Assembly: GCA_003537755.1 (NCBI GenBank)
Contig: DPQS01000008.1
Coordinates: 11,704-67,787, forward strand
DNA: 56,084 bases
Direction of reading: 5' to 3'
From: Clostridiales bacterium
GTDB taxonomy: Bacteria; Bacillota; Clostridia; Christensenellales; CAG-314
In this document: positions 1 through 9,020 of the stretch, piece after piece
Position numbering within the stretch: the first letter of the stretch is position 1
How the letters are laid out: the number at the start of each line of letters is the position of its first letter
Program-made: the position numbers and the translations under genes
The notes under the pieces: model-generated
Databases searched by the model: none
What the model saw: the letters and a program-made list of their open reading frames with translations, nothing else
Told to the model about the DNA's origin: nothing

Positions 1-1245
1 GTGGCTGTGACAAAAATTGCCCCTACCTGCGCTGTAAAAAAACTGACCGCCGAAACGGACTTTACGGCAACGGACGGCACTGGTAAAATTCTTTCCGGTA
101 AAGTCGACTGCGTAACGCTTGAACGCGGAAGTCTTTCCGTCGGCGCGAATTACGGCGAGTGTTTGTCCGAAGTTTCCGGCATCTACGGCGTGTACGGATT
201 CGGCAACAAAATTGCCTATGCCGCGGACGGAGGAATATTTGTTGTAAACGATGCGTCGCACGACAAGTTGTTTGCTGCCGACTTCGCGGACAAGCCTTAC
301 ATTTTTGTCGCATGCGGCGAAAATGCGACGGCGTATCTGTTTGCCGACGAAAAACTGTATGTAAGCGGTAGCGGCGACATGCTTGCCGACCTTGCGGGCA
401 GAGTAATTACCGACGCGGCGGTGTGCGGCGGACGATTGTTTTGCGCAATCGGACGAGGTTTGTTTTACGCCGACGTCGGGTCGCGTTGCTTCGGCTATGC
501 GGAAAACGGCGACGGCGGCAAGATAAACTTTTCCTCCGACATTCAGGCACTTTGCGCGTGCGGCGACAAACTGTATGTGTTTGCGGGCGAGGTGTACGTC
601 GTCGAAACGTCCTTCGACCACGAGTACTTTACCGTAAAACGCGTTGCGGCGGCGTTCCGCAAAGTCAATTACGCCGCTATGCTTAACAACAAAATTTATT
701 GCTTTACCTCGGGCGGGTTGTATGCGCTGGACAAACCGTCGGTAAAATTGAAACCGACGCTTGGTAATCCTGCCGAAACGGTATGCCGACCGTGTGCGTT
801 TGACGGTAAACTGTACTTTTGCGACTGTGACGGAACTTATGCCTACGACCCGGAAAGCGGTGCGGAAGAAGTGTCGTCGATGTCATTCACAACCCTTGCT
901 AGCGACGGAAAAAATCTGTACGCCTGCGACGGCACACACGTGTTCAGGCGCGATAATACAGCCCTTGCGCCTGACTGGCAAAGTAAGGCTGTTGACTTCG
1001 GCATTGCAGGCAGAAAGCATCTGCGTAAACTGTCGGTAAAGGGCGTAGGCAGCATTTCCGTGACCGTTTACGGCGGTGGCAGAGAATTTACTTTGCAACT
1101 GGACGATGCCGACGGCACGACGGTGGACGCGCCTTGCTACATTGACGGCAACAGTTTTGTCGTGTATGCCAAATTCGGCGACGATTCGCGCGTGGACAAG
1201 ATAAAACTTGTCGGCGTTTCGTATCAAAAAGAGGTGAACGTATGA
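1..1245 (+). CDS. hypothetical repeat protein, 5' end cut by the window edge; possibly a beta-propeller-like fold
   Basis: Frame is open from base 1 to TGA at 1243-1245. Short motifs of the type GxLY, KLYV, KIYCF, KLYFCD and NLYACDG recur every ~40-50 aa. No family recognised. Confidence 0.45.
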   Translation: MAVTKIAPTCAVKKLTAETDFTATDGTGKILSGKVDCVTLERGSLSVGANYGECLSEVSGIYGVYGFGNKIAYAADGGIFVVNDASHDKLFAADFADKPYIFVACGENATAYLFADEKLYVSGSGDMLADLAGRVITDAAVCGGRLFCAIGRGLFYADVGSRCFGYAENGDGGKINFSSDIQALCACGDKLYVFAGEVYVVETSFDHEYFTVKRVAAAFRKVNYAAMLNNKIYCFTSGGLYALDKPSVKLKPTLGNPAETVCRPCAFDGKLYFCDCDGTYAYDPESGAEEVSSMSFTTLASDGKNLYACDGTHVFRRDNTALAPDWQSKAVDFGIAGRKHLRKLSVKGVGSISVTVYGGGREFTLQLDDADGTTVDAPCYIDGNSFVVYAKFGDDSRVDKIKLVGVSYQKEVNV

Positions 1246-1303
1246 ACAATTTCGTTACAAATCGGCAATTTTTTGCTGCATGCAAACATCGGGAGGGATG
1301 CCT

Positions 1304-2230
1304 ATGAGTATTACCGACGAACGCGCCCGGCAACTTGCCGAACTCGACCAGACCATACGCAAAAAGATTACGGCAATCGACACGAAATACAGTACGTCCT
1401 TTGTCGAGCCTGAGTTGGATTTGCCCGACAGTCTTAATCTCGTGCCGCTTACTTTTACGCCCAAAAGCGACGTACAGATTGCCGATCTTGCCCACGAACA
1501 GGCTTTGCCGAGCTACCTTGTCAAGAAGGATGCCGAAAATCTGTCTTACAGTAAGGCGCTCGACGCCAACACCGCAAGCGTAACGGAAGCAACATACGCA
1601 AACAAGTCAAACCTTGCAAAACTGCTTGCCGCCTACAACAGTGACGTGGCAACGGCTCATCGTCGTCTTGCCGACAACGGACTGCAATTCAGTAGCATTA
1701 TTTATGCCGCCGAAAAGCGTTTGCTTGCCGAGTACAACAACAACGTCGACAAGGAAAACGCCGACTACGCACACAAGTGCGCCGTCCTTGCCACCGCAAA
1801 GCAAAATCTCGACGCAAGGCACACCGAACGGATTACTTATCTTGACAACCAACTTGCCGCGCGTGAAGCGGAACTTGCTACGGAAATCCGTCGGAAGCAG
1901 GAAAACGAACGTCTTGCCGTAACTAAGTACAACGCCGCCCTGGAAGAGCGCGAAGTCAAGTACCAGGCAAGTTGCGCCCGTGCAAGGGAATACGCACGCG
2001 AGGCGGAATATGACCGCGCCCTCGAAGCAAGCAAACTGTATTCCGAATTGGGCGAAACGGGCTTCAACAACCAGATGAAGGCAGAAAAGTTGGCGTGCTG
2101 CCGCTTTTACATGAACGGCCTTACAAAGGAAGAAGCACTTGCCATTGCACAGGGCAGCAGTTTCTATTCCAATGCGCTCGGCACGCACTACCAGACGTTG
2201 TTGCAGTGGATAAACGACAATTTGTCGTAA
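1304..2230 (+). CDS. hypothetical coiled-coil protein
   Basis: ATG at 1304 follows a GGGAGGG Shine-Dalgarno. Long A/E/R/K/L-rich helical stretches are present (e.g. REAELATEIRRKQENERLAVTKYNAALEEREVKYQ). No family recognised. Confidence 0.5.
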   Translation: MSITDERARQLAELDQTIRKKITAIDTKYSTSFVEPELDLPDSLNLVPLTFTPKSDVQIADLAHEQALPSYLVKKDAENLSYSKALDANTASVTEATYANKSNLAKLLAAYNSDVATAHRRLADNGLQFSSIIYAAEKRLLAEYNNNVDKENADYAHKCAVLATAKQNLDARHTERITYLDNQLAAREAELATEIRRKQENERLAVTKYNAALEEREVKYQASCARAREYAREAEYDRALEASKLYSELGETGFNNQMKAEKLACCRFYMNGLTKEEALAIAQGSSFYSNALGTHYQTLLQWINDNLS

Positions 2231-2317
2231 CGGTAACCCGCGTTGCTGCCTTGCGTACGGTTTTCTTTCGCCGCTTAAGCCGTGGTGCGACCGAATATCT
2301 GGCGTAAAATTACAAAC

Positions 2318-2356
2318 GGGGACTGCTGCCAAAATGTGCGGCAGTCCTTTTGGTTG
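2318..2356 (+). terminator. intrinsic terminator after the 1304..2230 gene
   Basis: GGACTGCTG (2320-2328) pairs with CGGCAGTCC (2339-2347), followed by TTTTGGTTGTATTTT. Confidence 0.6.
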
Positions 2357-2418
2357 TATTTTGTCCTCTTTGTTGTGTTCTGTACGTTTGCCGCAAAAAC
2401 GATATTTATCTCAAATAC

Positions 2419-2447
2419 TTGAAAAAAACTTCCGATTAGTGTATAAT
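2419..2447 (+). promoter_or_regulatory. sigma-70-type promoter for the 2521 membrane-protein gene
   Basis: TTGAAA (2419-2424), 17-bp spacer, TATAAT (2442-2447). Confidence 0.5.
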
Positions 2448-2520
2448 TAACTATATTCTTAATACGCGCAGGCAGTACTGTTGCATAGCGGCAGAGGCGG
2501 CGCGTCGGGAGCGGAGGATT

Positions 2521-3342
2521 ATGAGGTACCAGAAGAAGTCCGCCATTGCCTATATGTTTCGTAATTTCTGGCAACTTGTGTTTATTGCGTTGCCTTTTTC
2601 GGTGTTGGTCGGAGTTTTCTGCAACTTCTCCGCCGAAGGTAAATTTGTCGCCGATTTAATCAAAGGCAAACTTGCCATGAGCGATTTCGTCGGCACGTTT
2701 GTCGGTGCGTTTACGGTAGGGCGTTTCGGCAAAAACTGGTTTCTTCCGATAATAATGCTTGTCGTGCTTGCCCTTACCGAAAGCGTGTACGTTGTCAAGA
2801 TTTCACGTCATATGCGTGTGGGTGAACTCAACGTAGCTTCCCCTGCGCAGGTGTTCGGTTTGTTTCCCACAATGCTGATGTATGTGGCGGTGACATATCT
2901 CTGCGCGCAACTGCTCAGTTTCGTACCAGTGGGTGTGGTGCTGTTGCTGCGTTCGGTCAACAACGTCGTTGCGGCAGGCGTACTGTCGCTTGTGGTTACG
3001 TTTGTGTTGTCGGTTGTCGTTTCCTATGTGTTTACCGCGCTTATATGCGCGTTCCAATTCAAGTACTGCGACAACAATCCGTTCAACGTGGCTTTGTCCT
3101 GCTCGGCTCGCTACGTCAACAAGGATACTAAGTTTGTATTGGGATTCATGTTTCTGTATCCCGTGCTGCGTATGATTGTCGCTGCAGTATGCGGCTTTAT
3201 CGACAACCCCGTGCTGTCAATCTTGCTGCAAACGCTGTTTATCTTGTTTTTTACCGTTTACGTTCCCTGCGTGGCCTTCGTCAAGTACTGCGACTACGTC
3301 GGACGTGAACGTCGTGACATCGGACAGGTTATGTTCGGCTGA
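2521..3342 (+). CDS. polytopic membrane protein, unknown function
   Basis: GGAGG lies just upstream of the ATG. Multiple hydrophobic helices are visible (FWQLVFIALPFSVLVGVF, WFLPIIMLVVLALT, LFPTMLMYVAVTYLCAQLLSFVPVGVVLLL, etc.). Confidence 0.6.
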   Translation: MRYQKKSAIAYMFRNFWQLVFIALPFSVLVGVFCNFSAEGKFVADLIKGKLAMSDFVGTFVGAFTVGRFGKNWFLPIIMLVVLALTESVYVVKISRHMRVGELNVASPAQVFGLFPTMLMYVAVTYLCAQLLSFVPVGVVLLLRSVNNVVAAGVLSLVVTFVLSVVVSYVFTALICAFQFKYCDNNPFNVALSCSARYVNKDTKFVLGFMFLYPVLRMIVAAVCGFIDNPVLSILLQTLFILFFTVYVPCVAFVKYCDYVGRERRDIGQVMFG

Positions 3343-3421
3343 GGCAAGCCGCCTCGGAGTTTGTTTGTTTTTCTGCGGCAAACTGCGTGCATGACTATGA
3401 CCGATATTTTTGGAGGAAATT

Positions 3422-4396
3422 ATGACGCTTGGTAAATCGTTACGATTGTCGGCATGCAACTGGAAGGTGCTTGTCAAGTCTGTAATATGTCAGGTGCTGA
3501 TATACGCTTTGGTTGCGGCATTGTGCGCGACGGCTTTTGGCGGCATTATCGCCGAGGTTACCAAAGCTATCGAAAAAAGCGGTATTGTGGATTTTGTAAA
3601 GCAAACTATTGCGCACATAGCGGACGGCACGTTTGACCCTAATACCTTCAGAGACGGCGTGAAGGACATTGTGTCGTCGTTGCAGTCGGCTATCGGCGAC
3701 ATCAAGGGGCTGTTCGGCAGTATGGAAGTAACATACGGAGTGTTGTTGCTTGTTGTGCTTGCTTATCGCATGCTTATTGCCGTCACGGACGTTACGACGG
3801 GGTTTCAGCTTGAAGAATTTATGACCAGCAATGCCACGCGGCCGTTTTCATGGTTCTTTTTCAAAAAACAACGGCAGACGTGGGAATTTTGCGCATTGCA
3901 AATGGTGTTTACGTTGCCGCTTGACATGACTATTGTGTTCGGATGTCTGGGCTTTTATCTGCTGTTTCTTGTCACCTTCCGCTGGTGGACTATTATCCCG
4001 ATTGCAATTGTCGGCGTGTTGCTGTACACCGCGCGTCTTACGCTGTTTGCCTTTTGTCTGCCCGCGGTAGTTACCGAGGGTGTGTCTGTGCGTGAAGCAT
4101 TCAGAACAGGGCTGTCGACGGTGTTCCGTCGTTTCGGTCAGGTGTACGTCAAAACGTTGCTTGTAGTGGTGGTAATGCTTGCGTTCCTTACATGCAGCAT
4201 AGTCTTTATTCCCGACGCTTACGGGCTGAGTTTTTTGGGCGTGTTGCCCGGCTTTGTGCTGTTTTTCGTGCTTAAAAACATCGACATGTGCGAGTACTTC
4301 GAGGCAACAAACCGTCCGTACTTCAGCAAAGTGATGGACGTCGAGGGTACCGAACGCTACATCAGAAAACACGGAAAGCCCGTGACGGAAGACTGA
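3422..4396 (+). CDS. polytopic membrane protein, unknown function
   Basis: ATG at 3422 is preceded by TTGGAGGAAATT. The track ORF starts at 3410 on a non-ATG codon. Several long hydrophobic segments are present (VICQVLIYALVAALCATAFGGII, VLLLVVLAYRMLIAV, WWTIIPIAIVGVLLYTARLTLFAFCL). Confidence 0.6.
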   Translation: MTLGKSLRLSACNWKVLVKSVICQVLIYALVAALCATAFGGIIAEVTKAIEKSGIVDFVKQTIAHIADGTFDPNTFRDGVKDIVSSLQSAIGDIKGLFGSMEVTYGVLLLVVLAYRMLIAVTDVTTGFQLEEFMTSNATRPFSWFFFKKQRQTWEFCALQMVFTLPLDMTIVFGCLGFYLLFLVTFRWWTIIPIAIVGVLLYTARLTLFAFCLPAVVTEGVSVREAFRTGLSTVFRRFGQVYVKTLLVVVVMLAFLTCSIVFIPDAYGLSFLGVLPGFVLFFVLKNIDMCEYFEATNRPYFSKVMDVEGTERYIRKHGKPVTED

Positions 4397-4418
4397 TTAC
4401 GAAAAATTTGAATATAAT

Positions 4419-4454
4419 GACAGCCGTAAGCACGTTGCGGCTGTCGTTTTTTTT
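4419..4454 (+). terminator. intrinsic terminator
   Basis: GACAGCCG (4419-4426) pairs with CGGCTGTC (4438-4445), followed by a G plus T8 run. Confidence 0.7.
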
Positions 4455-4715
4455 GCGATAAAACAATTAAATGGTTATTTTATTTTTTTTTCTTTTTCGA
4501 AGTTACGGATTGACGTTTTTCGAAAATATGCGGACTGCGCGCGTTGACAAACGTCAACGGAAAGATGTCGTTGTTGCATGTGTAGTAACGGTTGTGACGT
4601 GAACGTGTAAGTTGTAAAATTATTTGTGTAGTTTCGTGGAAATGTAAACACAGCCGCAATGTGCGTTGCCCGACATTCGTACAAAAACAATTTGTAAATT
4701 TTTGGCGTAAAGCAG

Positions 4716-4744
4716 TTGCATTTTTACAATGCTTGTTGTATAAT
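4716..4744 (+). promoter_or_regulatory. promoter of tRNA-Pro
   Basis: TTGCAT (4716-4721), 17-bp spacer, TATAAT (4739-4744). The tRNA begins 12 nt downstream. Confidence 0.55.
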
Positions 4745-4755
4745 AATCAAGCATC

Positions 4756-4832
4756 TGGGTGTAGCGCAGTTTGGTAGCGCACTAGACTGGGGGTCTAGGT
4801 GTCGCAGGTTCAAGTCCTGTCACTCAGACCAA
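4756..4832 (+). tRNA. tRNA-Pro (anticodon GGG), CCA encoded
   Basis: Hand-folded cloverleaf: acceptor CTGGGTG/CACTCAG, D arm GCGC-AGTTTGGTA-GCGC, anticodon arm CTAGA-CTGGGGG-TCTAG, T arm GCAGG-TTCAAGT-CCTGT, then A73 and CCA. C1:G72 plus A73 is typical of bacterial tRNA-Pro. Confidence 0.85.
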
Positions 4833-4839
4833 GATAAAA

Positions 4840-4880
4840 AGTCGACATTTTTGCAGAAATAGCGAGTGTCGGCTTTTTTT
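4840..4880 (+). terminator. intrinsic terminator after tRNA-Pro
   Basis: AGTCGACA (4840-4847) pairs with TGTCGGCT (4867-4874, one G.U), followed by a T7 run. Confidence 0.55.
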
Positions 4881-4946
4881 GTCGTCCAAAAATGTGTTAT
4901 AATGTTATTGTGAGAGAAGTTTTAGCTTATTTAAGGAGGTGGAGAT

Positions 4947-5206
4947 TTGAACTATACTAAATTGATCAGAGAATATTGTAAGAACAACAGCGGGGCAATT
5001 TTTGATGTATCAAATTAGAGTTTGATGACGATATAGTAGATTTAGTTGCATTATTAGAGATAATAGATACCGGGTATTCAATGAAAGGCTGTGATTTTAT
5101 GGCTTACAAGAAAACGGTGGATATGCTGCTAAAATCATATTCTGATAATAGCTTTGAGAAAATTGTAAAAGCAATACATTGTATAAACGGTAAAAATTTG
5201 GTATAA
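4947..5206 (+). pseudogene. AT-rich frameshifted remnant of a small gene of unknown family
   Basis: AAGGAGGTGGAG SD precedes a TTG start, giving MNYTKLIREYCKNNSGAIFDVSN and then TAG at 5016-5018. Reading resumes in another frame from 5018 (EFDDDIVDLVALLEIIDTGYSMKGCDF...KNLV, stop at 5204-5206). The GC content is visibly lower than in the neighbours. Confidence 0.3.
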
Positions 5207-5218
5207 TTGTCACGAGTT

Positions 5219-6046
5219 ATGAAAAATCAGACGGAAAATAAAAGTGAAAAATATGGGTTGCCCCACAACAGGTGGCAAGTGTTTGCGGACCGTGTAAAAA
5301 CGCACTTTGGCAAGTTTCTTCTTTGCGGAGTTATTTTGCTGATTTTTTCTTTGCCGCTTTTTGCAGTGAGGATGTACGCCGATATGTCGGTTGCCTCGTT
5401 GTATGACAAATACAAGCAAGGCTTATTTACCGCCGATGAGTACAACGGATCCATCGCAACGATAACGCTTGTGGCGTCGTCGCTCAACGTAGGCGGATTC
5501 CTGATTTTGGCTGTGGGATTGTCGGGATTGGTGCGCCAAGTGCGACAAATGGCGTGGTCGGAGCCGATAGAGTTTTGGCAAGACTTTGCCGTAGGGATTA
5601 AGCAAAACGTCGCTAAATATTTGATAGTGTTTGCCGTGTTGGGGTTACTTAACGCTTTTGACTCGGTAGTGATGCAGATACGTACCGACGTGTTGTCGTA
5701 TATTCCGTTGTGCGTGTACTTATTTGTGATTTTTCCGATTGCTTTGCATATGCTTGTACAAATTGCAATCTACAACCACAAGCCGGGTGACATATTTGTT
5801 ACTTCGGCGTTTGTATATGTTAAAACGTTACCGATATCTGTGTTGTTTGCCGCATTGTTTATGTCATACGGCTTGTTTGATATGATTTCTACGTTTGCCG
5901 TGCGGTACGTTTGTAAAATGCTTTACGTATTGTTTTTGCCTGTCGGTGTACTTGGTTGGTTTTTGTATGTGTGTTCCGCCTTGGACAAATATGTCAACAA
6001 ACAAAGCTACCCGCAATTAGTGGACAAGGGCGTTTGGCGGCTGTAA
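5219..6046 (+). CDS. YesL/DUF624-like integral membrane protein (commonly found beside sugar ABC loci)
   Basis: The N-terminal region FGKFLLCGVILLIFSLPLFAV followed by 5-6 further TM helices resembles DUF624 proteins. The start is uncertain: ATG at 5219 has a weak SD, and a TGGTATAAT extended -10 sits only ~12 nt upstream. Confidence 0.5.
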   Translation: MKNQTENKSEKYGLPHNRWQVFADRVKTHFGKFLLCGVILLIFSLPLFAVRMYADMSVASLYDKYKQGLFTADEYNGSIATITLVASSLNVGGFLILAVGLSGLVRQVRQMAWSEPIEFWQDFAVGIKQNVAKYLIVFAVLGLLNAFDSVVMQIRTDVLSYIPLCVYLFVIFPIALHMLVQIAIYNHKPGDIFVTSAFVYVKTLPISVLFAALFMSYGLFDMISTFAVRYVCKMLYVLFLPVGVLGWFLYVCSALDKYVNKQSYPQLVDKGVWRL

Positions 6047-6060
6047 ATTTAGTTGAATTG

Positions 6061-6118
6061 TTAAAATAATATAACGACCGAGTCAACGTGGAAAGCCGGC
6101 ACTCGGTCGTTAATTTTT
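6061..6118. terminator. bidirectional terminator between convergent genes
   Basis: An 11-bp stem AACGACCGAGT (6073-6083) / ACTCGGTCGTT (6101-6111) is flanked by an A-rich run upstream and AATTTTT downstream. Confidence 0.65.
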
Positions 6119-6279
6119 GCATACGTATCGTATTATTTATTACAATTAACAGTAGTAATCCTATGTTGTAAATATTTTTGTTGTTTGAGTATACGGTTGG
6201 CGACAGGGCGGAGTTTGTGCGTCGAAAGTTTCGTTTCGGATATGTAAGCGCAGATGTTTTTCCGTAGTAAACAAGTGCG

Positions 6280-7110
6280 TTACTTCTTTTTGCGGCGGTA
6301 AAAAGACGGGGCATGAACGAATGTCTTACGAAAAATCTTGCCGAAGTAGTTGTAGTCGTGTATACCGACCTTATTGGCAATGTCCGTCAATGGCTCGTCG
6401 GTATTTTCGATGAGTTCCCTTGCGCCTAACATGCGTTGAGCGGTAATATATTTTTTAGGCGGTATACCGGTGGATTTAACAACGGCTGTGTAAATTTGTT
6501 TTTCCGACATGCAAAACGCTTCGCACAAGGATTCGGAGTCGAGCGGTTTGTCCAAATTTGCTTTGATGTACGGCGCAATGGTGTTTTCAAATACGTTATG
6601 TTTGACGGTAATCAGGTTTTTATTCACTGCGTACTCGAATATGGCAAAGGTCAACTCTTTTATTGCCTCGTACTTTTGTTGGGAAAATCTCGTTGCCTTA
6701 AAGTACAAGTTGCGCATTTCCTTTTCGTTAAGTCCGTACTCGGCGCAGTACTGAGTAATCGCGGCAAGAGATTGTTTTTCCGTACGGGTATCGCGCATCG
6801 GACCGATGACTATGTATCCGTAGATTATTTTTCCCCTTTGCAACTTGATTACCATTTCTTTCATTCCGAAATGGCAAGCATAGTGCATATTGTTGTCGTC
6901 TGATTGCTTTACTTTTTGCATGGCTCCGCTGTCGGAGTTTTTGCAACGATCGGCGTAGTGGCACTTGACCATTTGGCAAAATCGATTGCAAGGTTCGGTA
7001 CAAGCATAGGTGCCTTCAAAGTTTTCGTCATACAGTTGTACGGAAGCTTTTGTAAGGTACCCCAAATGCGTCAATAGCTTTTTTGTCAGTTGTAAATCGA
7101 AATTAAGCAT
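6280..7110 (-). CDS. AraC-family transcriptional regulator with an N-terminal PocR-like sensory domain
   Basis: The C-terminus has an AraC HTH signature (LTDIANKVGIHDYNYFGKIFRKTFVHAPSFYRR). The N-terminal half is Cys/His-rich and PocR-like (YACHFGMKEMVIKL...GYIVIGPMRD). Confidence 0.75.
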   Translation of the reverse strand: MLNFDLQLTKKLLTHLGYLTKASVQLYDENFEGTYACTEPCNRFCQMVKCHYADRCKNSDSGAMQKVKQSDDNNMHYACHFGMKEMVIKLQRGKIIYGYIVIGPMRDTRTEKQSLAAITQYCAEYGLNEKEMRNLYFKATRFSQQKYEAIKELTFAIFEYAVNKNLITVKHNVFENTIAPYIKANLDKPLDSESLCEAFCMSEKQIYTAVVKSTGIPPKKYITAQRMLGARELIENTDEPLTDIANKVGIHDYNYFGKIFRKTFVHAPSFYRRKKK

Positions 7111-7238
7111 GTTTACAGTATATCACACGCAGCGGAAAAATTCAACAAAATAACTAAATAACATAACAAAACTGCTAAATATGGCGAAAAATTACCTACT
7201 ATTTGTCGGTTTTGATACTATAAACGAAATTTGACACG

Positions 7239-7247
7239 TGGTATAAT
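7239..7247 (+). promoter_or_regulatory. extended -10 promoter element upstream of the GH20 gene
   Basis: TGGTATAAT at 7239-7247. There is no good -35 at the proper spacing (the TTGACA at 7231 is too close). Confidence 0.4.
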
Positions 7248-7377
7248 GTTTACGTAAACGAAAAGTGTCACCGAAAGACTATTCTTAGCGGTTAAGTAAC
7301 GATTTGTTTGCTTATAACTGCCCCTATCGGCAAGGTTTTGCCGAAAAGGTGACGCTTTGGTTTCCGAGGAAGAAAAA

Positions 7378-8970
7378 ATGTCGCTAAACAAATTTGGCGC
7401 GCTTGTGTGTTGCGCAAGCAATGGCGTAATGAAACCGACAACGGTAAAAAAACTTGTCGATATATTGGAGAAAATCGGGTACAATTTACTGGAATTGTGC
7501 ATAGACGATCTGTATCGAATTGACGACGAGCCGTTTTTTGGGTACATGCGTGGCGGATACACACATGACGAAATTAAGGATTTAGACGCGTATTGTCGAT
7601 TGCACGGCGTGGAGTTGGTCCCATGTATACAAACGTTGTCGCATTTGGATAATTTGGTAAAACTGCCCGTGTACGCCGACATTGTCGATATTGACAACAT
7701 CATGTTGGTGGACGAGCCTAAAACATACGAGCTTATCGACAAAATGTTTGCATCCATCGCCGCCGATTTTACCACACGCAACGTAAATATCGGTTTTGAC
7801 GAGGCGCAACACGTGGGGCTTGGCAAGTATTTAGACAAGCACGGATACGTAGATAGGCACGAATTGTTGCTTCGTCATCTAAATAAAGTGGTGGAAATCG
7901 CCGCTAAATACGGCTTTAAGGTGCATATGTGGAGCGACATGTTTTACCGTTTGAGTAATCACGGCGAGTACAGTGTGCTTAATCCCGTGTTGCCGCAAAA
8001 GGTAATTGACGGAGTTCCCGACGTGGAGTTGTGCTACTGGGACTACTACAACACCGACGAAGCCATGTATGATGCGATGATGACATCGCACGAGCAATTT
8101 GGTAAGCCGTTGTGGTTTACGTGTGCGGCTTGGACAAGTCAGGGATTTTCCCCGCTCAACCATTACGCCATCAAAACTATCGTGCCGGCAATGAAGCAGG
8201 TGGCAAAACACGGCATCGAAAACGTGTTGGTTGCGTTGTGGGGTGACAACGGACACGATTGCAGTTACTTTTCCGCCTTGCCGGTGTTGTATGCGGCAAA
8301 ACAGTATGCCGAGGGAAATTTCGACGAAGAAAGCATAAAACAAGGATTTGCCGAGACTTTCGGTCTGAGTTACGATGACTTTATGTTGCTTGACGCGCCT
8401 AATGTGACGGGGGACAATGTCGACTACTCCAAACCTTACAGTAGTTGTAAAGCTTTGTTGTTTAGCGATCCGTTTTTAGGTTGGAATGACAATGCCGTCG
8501 CAAATACTTTTTTGCCCGACTACAAACAAATTGCCTTCGAAATTAGTTTGGCAGGCCGACGCAACAAGCGGTACAAATACTTATTTGACAATATGGTTGC
8601 GTTGTGTAACGCTCTTGCTCTTAAAGCGACATTGGGGGTGGATACTCGCAAGGCATATCGTGAAAATGACCGTAAAGCACTGTCTAAACTTCAAAAGAGG
8701 TACATTAAAACGGCAAAAGCGGTGCGTAAGTTTAAGGAAACATTACAAGCCGTGTGGTTTGCCGACAACAAACCATTCGGTTGGGAAATACATGAAATAC
8801 GTTTGGGCGGATTGATTTCGCGGTTAGAAAACTGTGCGGCGCGTATAAAGGACTACGTACAAGGAAAGGAAAACGCCATACAGGAATTGGACGTTGACGT
8901 GTTACCTTACGGCGCAAACAAAGTGGACTGTAACGTGTACAAAGCTCTTGTGAGCGTTTCGCAGTTGTGA
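7378..8970 (+). CDS. GH20-like beta-N-acetylhexosaminidase (cytoplasmic, no signal peptide)
   Basis: GAGGAAG SD precedes ATG 7378. YTHDEIKDLDAYCRLHGVELVPCIQTLSHL and NIGFDEAQHVG (D-E catalytic pair context) resemble the GH20 TIM barrel. Confidence 0.6.
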   Translation: MSLNKFGALVCCASNGVMKPTTVKKLVDILEKIGYNLLELCIDDLYRIDDEPFFGYMRGGYTHDEIKDLDAYCRLHGVELVPCIQTLSHLDNLVKLPVYADIVDIDNIMLVDEPKTYELIDKMFASIAADFTTRNVNIGFDEAQHVGLGKYLDKHGYVDRHELLLRHLNKVVEIAAKYGFKVHMWSDMFYRLSNHGEYSVLNPVLPQKVIDGVPDVELCYWDYYNTDEAMYDAMMTSHEQFGKPLWFTCAAWTSQGFSPLNHYAIKTIVPAMKQVAKHGIENVLVALWGDNGHDCSYFSALPVLYAAKQYAEGNFDEESIKQGFAETFGLSYDDFMLLDAPNVTGDNVDYSKPYSSCKALLFSDPFLGWNDNAVANTFLPDYKQIAFEISLAGRRNKRYKYLFDNMVALCNALALKATLGVDTRKAYRENDRKALSKLQKRYIKTAKAVRKFKETLQAVWFADNKPFGWEIHEIRLGGLISRLENCAARIKDYVQGKENAIQELDVDVLPYGANKVDCNVYKALVSVSQL

Positions 8971-9020
8971 GTGACGGAAAATTCGATCGGTCTTTTGAAA
9001 ACAATGGAAGAAAGCGTAAT

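Noticed and set aside
1-2230. Interpreting the first two genes as prophage tail or baseplate genes.
   Set aside because: This rests only on a vague impression from a repeat-rich protein followed by a coiled-coil protein. No portal, terminase, tape-measure, integrase or lysis genes are visible, so the idea stays a low-interest remark only.
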